This document shows positions 15,328 through 21,278 of a stretch of DNA of 25,962 nucleotides, piece after piece. Every line of letters starts with the position of its first letter. Positions within the stretch are counted from its first letter, which is position 1. A model generated the notes under the pieces. That model saw only the letters and a program-made list of their open reading frames with translations, had not been told where the DNA came from and did no database searches. This DNA comes from an uncultured bacterium (GTDB taxonomy: Bacteria > Omnitrophota > Omnitrophia > Omnitrophales > JACQLI01). Location of the stretch: assembly GCA_964565495.1 (NCBI GenBank), contig CAZMFE010000003.1, positions 1-25,962 of the forward strand. Reading direction: 5' to 3'. The position numbers were made by a program, and so were the translations under genes.

Positions 15328-16085
15328 TGAATCTCACGCAAAAAACGATTGAAAAGATCTTAAAACAGGTGGCCTCCCGGAGGCTTTCGAGTCGAAAGGC
15401 CTTCGAGCGGTTAAAGGCTCTCCCTTATGAGACTTTCTCTTTTGCCCGCATCGACCATCACCGGAGTCTGCGTAAGGGATTTCCCGAGGCGGTTTATGCG
15501 CCGGGAAAGAGTTTCGCGCAGCTTGAGAAGATCATTGGTTCGATCAAAAGGGCCGGTCAGAATCTCATCGTGACGAGGATGGAGGAGGGGGTGTACCGGA
15601 AATTGAAACGAAAATTTCCAACCCTTCGTTATTCAAAAGAGGCTCGGATCGGTTATCTTCGCAAAAGGGAATCCTTTTCAAAAAATGGCCGGATCGCGTC
15701 GATTGCAGTTTTAACCGGAGGAACAAGCGATCTGGCCGTGGCTGAAGAAGCGGCCCTCGCGTTGGAATTGATGGGACGCCAGGCGGTTCGAATTTACGAT
15801 TGCGGTGTCGCGGGGCTTCATCGACTTTTCGATCAACTCCCAAGATTGAAAGAGGTGAAGGCGATTATCTGTATAGCAGGAATGGAAGGAGCGTTGGCCA
15901 GTGTGGTGGCCGGTCTGACGGATAGGCCCGTGATTGCCGTTCCTACCAGTGTGGGTTACGGCGCGAGCTTCAAAGGGATTGCGCCGCTTCTTGCGATGCT
16001 TAATTCCTGCTCGCAGGGCGTGGCGGTCGTCAATATTGATAACGGTTTTGGCGCCGCTTGTTTCGCTGCCACCGTCACTTCATGA
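15327..16085 (+). CDS. larB: Nickel-pincer cofactor biosynthesis carboxylase LarB (AIR carboxylase-like)
   Basis: DHHRSLRKGFPE, GTSDLAVAEEA, GVAGLHRL, AGMEGAL, PTSVGYG, VVNIDNGFGAA. ATG 15327 overlaps the mgtC stop (TAATG). Confidence 0.92.
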   Translation: MNLTQKTIEKILKQVASRRLSSRKAFERLKALPYETFSFARIDHHRSLRKGFPEAVYAPGKSFAQLEKIIGSIKRAGQNLIVTRMEEGVYRKLKRKFPTLRYSKEARIGYLRKRESFSKNGRIASIAVLTGGTSDLAVAEEAALALELMGRQAVRIYDCGVAGLHRLFDQLPRLKEVKAIICIAGMEGALASVVAGLTDRPVIAVPTSVGYGASFKGIAPLLAMLNSCSQGVAVVNIDNGFGAACFAATVTS

Positions 16086-16534
16086 GCCCCGCCCCGTACC
16101 ACCGCGAAAAGCTGCTTCTCCTCGAGACCAATATCGACGATATGACCCCTCAAGGTTTCGAATTGGTTTACGAGAGGCTTTTTAAAGCGGGCGCTTTAGA
16201 TGTTTGGGTCCAGTCCATTCTCATGAAAAAAATGCGGCCCGCGTTTAAACTCTGTGTCTTGTTCAACCCGCCCCGCAAAGAGAAGTTGATGAAAGTCGTC
16301 TTCAAAGAGACGCCCACGCTTGGCGTCAGGTGTTTTGAAGTCGACCGTTTCTCCCTCCCTCGGAAACAGTTCCGTGTCAAAACCCGTTTTGGGCCCGTTC
16401 GAGTCAAGGTGGGATCTCTTGATTCCGAGCATCGAGTCGTGAATCCGGAATACGAAGACATCAAGCGGATTGCCCAAAGAAAAAACCTCCCCTTCCACAC
16501 GGCCCTACGCGAAGTTAAAAAAGACGTTTCGTGA
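16082..16534 (+). CDS. larC: LarC C-terminal domain only (LarC2-like)
   Basis: LETNIDDM, GALDVW, MKKMRP, ETPTLGVR, VKTRFGPVRVK, PEYEDIKRIA. 150 aa from ATG 16082, no N-terminal or His-rich half. Confidence 0.88.
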   Translation: MSPAPYHREKLLLLETNIDDMTPQGFELVYERLFKAGALDVWVQSILMKKMRPAFKLCVLFNPPRKEKLMKVVFKETPTLGVRCFEVDRFSLPRKQFRVKTRFGPVRVKVGSLDSEHRVVNPEYEDIKRIAQRKNLPFHTALREVKKDVS

Positions 16535-17277
16535 CCCTGCCTCTGGCTCAAAATATCGTGGCGCTAACGAGCGCTGTCCTCGGTGGATTTTTCGCCATCA
16601 CCGTCGGAGTCTCCCACAAAAGGCTTTGTGCGTTAATCAGTTTTGCAGCAGGAACCCTCCTTGGAACCACGTTTCTCCACATTGTTCCTGAAGCACTGGA
16701 AGTCATCTCTTTTCTTGGGGTAGGCCTAGCGCTCTTGTCCGGTTATCTGGTTTTTTTCCTGATCAGCCGATTCATCTTCCACGTTTGCCCGGCCTGCGCG
16801 GCGACTCACTTTGACGAACAGACCGCCTCTCGTTTCAAGAATATCGCCCGCCTCCTTGTCGTTGCTCTCGGGATCCACTGCATGATGGATGGAATCGCCT
16901 TGGCCCTCGGGGGCGAATTAGAGGGAAAAGTGGATCGATCGATTTTTCTGGCGATCTCCGTCCATAAGTTCCCGGAAGGATTAGCGCTGGCAGCCCTTTT
17001 GGTGAGGGCCGGTTTTGAGAAAATGAAGGCATTGGGGATGACGACGGGAATAGAAGCCCTCACCTTTTTGGGATGGATTTTGGGTCTTTTTTCAATCAAA
17101 GGTTTCGCCCCCGACGGGTGGTTTTATCTCGTCCTGGTCCATATCGGAGGGGGGTTTCTCTACCTAGCCCTCCACGCGTTACTGAACGAAAGCGAGGAAC
17201 ACTCCCCTCGTTATGTCATCCTCTTCTTTCTAATCGGCTTCGTGGCGATCGGACTGACAAACTTGATTCCCGCCTAA
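16531..17277 (+). CDS. ZIP-family divalent metal transporter
   Basis: Multiple TM helices, FAAGTLLG…[24 protein letters not shown] metal-site motifs. Confidence 0.88.
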   Translation: MTLPLAQNIVALTSAVLGGFFAITVGVSHKRLCALISFAAGTLLGTTFLHIVPEALEVISFLGVGLALLSGYLVFFLISRFIFHVCPACAATHFDEQTASRFKNIARLLVVALGIHCMMDGIALALGGELEGKVDRSIFLAISVHKFPEGLALAALLVRAGFEKMKALGMTTGIEALTFLGWILGLFSIKGFAPDGWFYLVLVHIGGGFLYLALHALLNESEEHSPRYVILFFLIGFVAIGLTNLIPA

Positions 17278-17291
17278 GTTCCATCTACAAT
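17263..17291 (+). promoter_or_regulatory. Internal sigma70-like promoter for hisG
   Basis: TTGATT (17263-17268), 17-bp spacer, TACAAT (17286-17291). ATG lies 9 nt later with no SD. Confidence 0.45.
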
Positions 17292-17300
17292 TCTCCTCTT

Positions 17301-18176
17301 ATGTCTAAAAAGCTTAAATTAGCCCTTCCCAAAGGGAGCCTGGAAGAGGCCACTTACGCCTTGATCCAAAAGGCCGGCTTTAACACGACGGTTCTCAGCC
17401 GATCTTATTTCCCCTCTGTGGATGATCCGGAGCTCGAATTCGTCCTTTACCGGCCGCAGGAGATGCCCCGTTATGTAGAAGAGGGAGTGGTGGATTGCGG
17501 CCTCACCGGTCACGACTGGGTGGTCGAGAATAGTTCCGATGTGCGGGAACTTTGTGAGCTCACCTATTCGAAAAGGACGAGGAATCCCATCCGCTGGGTG
17601 CTCGCGGTTCACGAAGATTCTTCCTTCAAGACCGTCAAGGACTTGGAGGGGAAGAAGATTGCGACCGAGCTGGTGAATGTGACGAAGGAGTATCTCAAAA
17701 AAAACAAGGTGAAAGCCGAGGTCGAATTCTCTTGGGGGACGACGGAAGTGAAGCCTCCCAATTTGGCCGATGCCATCGTTGAAGCCACGGAAACCGGTGC
17801 GAGCCTCCGGGCGAATCGGCTTCTCATCATTGATACGGTCCTCGTTTCGACCCCTCAATTCATCGCCAATAAAAAAAGTTATAAAGATCCTTGGAAACGG
17901 CAGAAGATCGATAACCTTATCCTTCTGCTCCAAGGTGCTATTTTGGCCGAAGACAAGGTGGGCTTGAAGATGAATGTGGCCAAGAGGGATCTTGAGAAAG
18001 TGCTCAAAATTTTGCCGGCCATGAAGAAACCCACCATTTCCAACCTCTCGGACAAAAATTGGTATGATGTCGAGACGATTATTGATGAAGCCGTTGTTCG
18101 TGAGTTAATCCCGGAGCTTAAGAAGGCGGGCGCGACGGGTATTATTGAATATCCCTTAAATAAAGTCATCCCCTAA
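17301..18176 (+). CDS. hisG: ATP phosphoribosyltransferase, long form
   Basis: [48 protein letters not shown]-terminal regulatory domain ([10 protein letters not shown]…GATGIIEYP). 291 aa from ATG 17301. Confidence 0.95.
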   Translation: MSKKLKLALPKGSLEEATYALIQKAGFNTTVLSRSYFPSVDDPELEFVLYRPQEMPRYVEEGVVDCGLTGHDWVVENSSDVRELCELTYSKRTRNPIRWVLAVHEDSSFKTVKDLEGKKIATELVNVTKEYLKKNKVKAEVEFSWGTTEVKPPNLADAIVEATETGASLRANRLLIIDTVLVSTPQFIANKKSYKDPWKRQKIDNLILLLQGAILAEDKVGLKMNVAKRDLEKVLKILPAMKKPTISNLSDKNWYDVETIIDEAVVRELIPELKKAGATGIIEYPLNKVIP

Positions 18177-18196
18177 TCGAAAAGGAGACAGTTGAT

Positions 18197-18295
18197 ATGC
18201 CCTGGCCGAAGAAACAGCGCAAGCGGAAGATGAATAAGCACAAACGCAAGAAGAAACTCCGCAAGCACCGGCACAAGAAGAAACCCTGGTCTTGA
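18197..18295 (+). CDS. 32-aa basic protein, bS22/mS38 (AURKAIP1/COX24, DUF1713)-like small ribosomal protein
   Basis: MPWPKKQRKRKMNKHKRKKKLRKHRHKKKPWS, strong SD AAGGAG at 18182-18187, stop overlaps the ispE TTG. Pattern resembles MPxGKKRKRHKxxxHKRKKxxRxxRHKKK as recalled for this family. Confidence 0.8.
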   Translation: MPWPKKQRKRKMNKHKRKKKLRKHRHKKKPWS

Positions 18296-19167
18296 GGCGT
18301 TCGCTCACCCTCGTCAGCCCTGCCAAGCTGAACCTGATTCTTCGGGTGGTTGGAAAGCGACCAGACGGTTATCATGAAATCGTCACGCTTTTCCACCGGA
18401 TTTCCTTGAGCGACACCCTTCGGCTTCATCAAAGAAACTCAGGGATCCGTCTGATTTGTTCCCATCCTCGAGTCCCAAAGAACACCAACCTCATTGTAAG
18501 GGCCTTCCATCTTTTAAAGGCGAGGTACCCCTTTTCGGGGGGAGTCACCGTCCGTTTGACAAAACGGATTCCAGTCGGTGGGGGTCTCGGGGGAGGCTCC
18601 AGTAACGCAGCCGCCTTCCTCAGGGGAATGAACTGGCTCTTCCGGTTGGGGTTGACGACGGAGGAATTGGTGGACGTGGGGAAGGCGTTAGGGGCGGACG
18701 TTCCCTTCTTTATGTCGGAGGCGCGGCAGGCGATCGGACGGGGGAGGGGAGATGAGATCCAGCCTCTCCCTTTTAAGAGACGTCTCTGGTTTGTCCTCGT
18801 CCCAGGAACCCAGGGTCTTTCGACAAGAGACGTCTATTCGGGTTTACGTGGTTCCAAGCACCGGCTTTCCTTGACAAGGGTAAATTACGGTGTTAAATTA
18901 GCTTCCGCATTTCTGGAAAAGGGATCCCCGAGTCGGGCCGAACGGTTTTTAGGAAATGATCTTCAAGGGAGAGCGGAGCGAATACAGCCCTCTCTCAGGA
19001 AGAGACGAGAACGCTTGAGTGGTTTACAACTTGGCACCTGTCAAATGTCCGGAAGCGGTCCTACCTTATTTATTCTTTTCCCATCCCCCCAAAAAGCCGT
19101 GCGAGCTCTTCGCCAAATCCAGCGCCATCCAGGGGCCCGGGCGGCCGTTCTCTGTCATTCTTTCTAG
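18292..19167 (+). CDS. ispE: 4-diphosphocytidyl-2-C-methyl-D-erythritol kinase
   Basis: SPAKLNLIL, RPDGYHEI, KRIPVGGGLGGGSSNAA, LGADVPFF, MSGSGPT. Confidence 0.96.
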   Translation: MRRSLTLVSPAKLNLILRVVGKRPDGYHEIVTLFHRISLSDTLRLHQRNSGIRLICSHPRVPKNTNLIVRAFHLLKARYPFSGGVTVRLTKRIPVGGGLGGGSSNAAAFLRGMNWLFRLGLTTEELVDVGKALGADVPFFMSEARQAIGRGRGDEIQPLPFKRRLWFVLVPGTQGLSTRDVYSGLRGSKHRLSLTRVNYGVKLASAFLEKGSPSRAERFLGNDLQGRAERIQPSLRKRRERLSGLQLGTCQMSGSGPTLFILFPSPQKAVRALRQIQRHPGARAAVLCHSF

Positions 19168-19174
19168 CCTATGA

Positions 19175-19279
19175 ACCCCGTTAGATCCCTCGTTTTATTT
19201 GTCAACTTCAGGTTTCTCCGTCATCGCAACCTTTTTTCTCCCCTTTTCTCGTTTTCTTTGTCGGAGGATCTAACGGGGT
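19175..19279. repeat. Perfect 14-bp inverted repeat enclosing the ispE-spoVG spacer
   Basis: ACCCCGTTAGATCC (19175-19188)/GGATCTAACGGGGT (19266-19279). The right arm covers part of the SD and the GTG of spoVG. Confidence 0.9.
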
Positions 19280-19700
19280 GAAAATCACCGAGGTGCGGGT
19301 TTTCCCGAGGGAAGGGTCGGATAAGAAGCTCAGGGCATTTGCCACGATTACCTTCGACGACTGTTTCGTGGTTCGAGATATTAAGATTATCGAGGGGAAT
19401 AAAGGCTATTTTGTGGCGATGCCTTCCCGAAGAGTGAAGGAACCCTGCTCTCATTGCGGCCATCGAAATGTCATTCGGTCGCGCCACTGTAACCAGTGCG
19501 GGGGAAGCCTTCCTCTCGCTCCTGCCGAGGCGATGCGCGGCCCAGATCCTCATCTCCTTCAGGCCGAGCATAAAGATGTAGCGCACCCGATTACGGCCGA
19601 CTGTCGAGAATACATTCAACGGGCCGTTCTGGAAGCCTATCAGAAGGAAAAAGACAGGCTTCCCGTTCCCCAAGAACAGGAACAACAACAAGTTCAATAA
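19278..19700 (+). CDS. spoVG: SpoVG-family nucleic-acid-binding protein with a Zn-ribbon insert
   Basis: MKITEVRV, LRAFATITFDDCFVVRDIKIIEG…FVAMPSR, HKDVAHPIT…R..I…VLEAY. CxxC-x10-CxxC insert. SD GGAGG. Confidence 0.92.
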   Translation: MKITEVRVFPREGSDKKLRAFATITFDDCFVVRDIKIIEGNKGYFVAMPSRRVKEPCSHCGHRNVIRSRHCNQCGGSLPLAPAEAMRGPDPHLLQAEHKDVAHPITADCREYIQRAVLEAYQKEKDRLPVPQEQEQQQVQ

Positions 19701-19729
19701 AAATCGCGTTGGCCGTGATCAACGCGACG

Positions 19730-19754
19730 AAGCGGGTGAAGAACCCGCTTTTTT
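19730..19754 (+). terminator. Intrinsic terminator-like hairpin after spoVG
   Basis: AAGCGGGT-GAAGA-ACCCGCTT followed by a T run. A second hairpin lies at 19704-19727. Confidence 0.55.
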
Positions 19755-19761
19755 GTTACAT

Positions 19762-19832
19762 TGCCCGATGGTGAAATGGTATCACACCGCCCTTTGGAGG
19801 CGAGGTTCCTGGTTCGAATCCAGGTCGGGCAG
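19762..19832 (+). tRNA. tRNA-Gln (anticodon UUG), CCA not encoded
   Basis: Acceptor TGCCCGA/TCGGGCA (U1-A72), D stem GTGA/TCAC, anticodon loop CTTTGGA, T arm CCTGG-TTCGAAT-CCAGG, discriminator G. One C-A mismatch in the anticodon stem. Confidence 0.96.
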
Positions 19833-19937
19833 TCTGTCCTCTACACCTGCATCTTTCATTTGCCAGGAAGTATAGAGACTCGGGTGAAAAGCTTTGTGGC
19901 GATTAACCGCTGATGGTAATATTGGAAGGGTGAATCG

Positions 19938-20267
19938 ATGAAGCTAGAGGAGCAAGAGGAAAAGGCGCTGAAACGTTTTAAAGAGATTCTAACTGAGCGA
20001 TTTGGTCAAGAGATTGTCAGTGTCCATTTGTTTGGTTCCAAAGCCCGGGGCGACGTTCATCAGGAATCCGATATTGACATCCTAGTTGTGACCCAACAAG
20101 ACGATTGGAGGCTTAAGGAGCAAATCGGGAAAGTGGCTACGCAAGTCCTGCTGGATTATGGAATCTATTTGTCAGTCAAAGTGCTTGGCAGATCCTTCCG
20201 TGAGAAATTAGTCAACGTTGACAGCCCCTTCATTCGCAATGTCCTGCGCGAAGGAATCCTTTTGTGA
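19938..20267 (+). CDS. Minimal nucleotidyltransferase (MNT, putative antitoxin)
   Basis: LFGSKARGD…SDIDILVV pol-beta-like motif, 109 aa, GTGA overlap with the HEPN gene. Confidence 0.9.
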   Translation: MKLEEQEEKALKRFKEILTERFGQEIVSVHLFGSKARGDVHQESDIDILVVTQQDDWRLKEQIGKVATQVLLDYGIYLSVKVLGRSFREKLVNVDSPFIRNVLREGILL

Positions 20268-20667
20268 CAGAAGAGACTCTTGTTTACCTTCAGGAGGAAA
20301 TGAAAAAAGCTGCGCGTTCTCTGAAAGCCGCCCAGAAGCTGCTTGGGGAAGAGCTTACAGACGACGCCGTTTCGAGAGCTTACTACGCTGTTTTCCATAG
20401 CGCTCGCGCTGCCTTGAAGACAAAGGGGATCGAAACCAAGACCCACCAGGGGCTCATTACCCGATTTGCTTTACATCTCTGGTGAAACCGGGTTTGTTGG
20501 AGACGGACTATGGAGATATCCTGCGTCAGGAAAAGGAAGATCGAGAAACAGGGGATTACGAACCTTTTATCAGCTTTAGTTTGGAGGAAGCCGAAAAGCG
20601 GGTAAAGGATGCAGAGCGCTTCGTCACACGGATACAGAAATTTTTTAAAGATTCAGGCTTTAAATAA
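20264..20667 (+). pseudogene. HEPN-domain gene of an MNT-HEPN module, split by a frameshift at ~20476-20482
   Basis: 5' part AVSRAYYAVFHSARAAL…KTHQGLI, 3' part VKPG…RETGDY in another frame. Deleting 2 bp from CATCTCTGGTG gives a single 133-aa protein. Confidence 0.85.
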
Positions 20668-20702
20668 AATATCCTCCCAGCGGAACCGCGTGTTCCGTTG
20701 GC

Positions 20703-20732
20703 CCCGGATCCCTGTGGATCCGGGATTTTTTT
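20703..20732 (+). terminator. Intrinsic terminator after MNT-HEPN
   Basis: CCCGGATCC-CTGT-GGATCCGGG followed by A and T7. Confidence 0.8.
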
Positions 20733-20758
20733 ATTCAGGGAAGTTGATAGTCTATAAA

Positions 20759-20846
20759 ATTGGCAGTCAGTTGCCACTAGGTTGCCAGTAAAATGCCAGT
20801 AGGTTCGTAGCAAGTTCGCAGTAGAGTCGCAGTAACGTCGCAGTAG
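20759..20846. repeat. Eight degenerate 11-bp tandem direct repeats
   Basis: ATTGGCAGTCA GTTGCCACTAG GTTGCCAGTAA AATGCCAGTAG GTTCGTAGCAA GTTCGCAGTAG AGTCGCAGTAA CGTCGCAGTAG. Confidence 0.85.
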
Positions 20847-21278
20847 AGTGTAGGGCCTTTCCCCTCTACACTTGCGCCAGGTTCCATACAAAACTTCATC
20901 GCGCATCGCGTTCCAGAGCTTTTCTGATAAAATTCAGGTTTCATAGGCCCGATTGGAATCGTTTAACACTCGAATCTGCCATTCCCCCTTAGCCACACGG
21001 TAAAGGGAAATCGAGATTTCTATCTCAAACGTAGGTCGTCTGGGAGTGGCGGTCGGGTCGGGCAGAGTATAAAAACGTTTCATTTTCTCAAGCCGAGAAG
21101 CGATTCCCGCACGATACTAACCCCTTTTGTATACCCACCTTAAAAGAGGCTATAAATTGCTATACCGATCAATTTGTAATAAAAGAGATCTCGGGTTATC
21201 TTTCAAGTGTGTAAAGAAACGCTGATTTATTGACGTTGCTTCAAGGGTAAGAAGTGAAAGAGTTAAAAAACAAATCCG

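Noticed and set aside
16000-16085. Programmed frameshift joining a larC1 to larC2
   Set aside because: larB directly abuts larC2, so no LarC N-terminal coding sequence exists upstream.
20483-20485. TGA read-through (Sec, or TGA=Gly code) in HEPN
   Set aside because: The HEPN-like continuation is in a different frame, and TGA terminates surA, gatA and tsaD at their expected ends.
20759-20846. CRISPR array
   Set aside because: Units are 11 bp, contiguous and degenerate, with no spacers and no cas genes.
20556-20906. 116-aa minus-strand ORF
   Set aside because: It crosses the 11-bp array, the terminator and the HEPN 3' end, with no coherent protein features.
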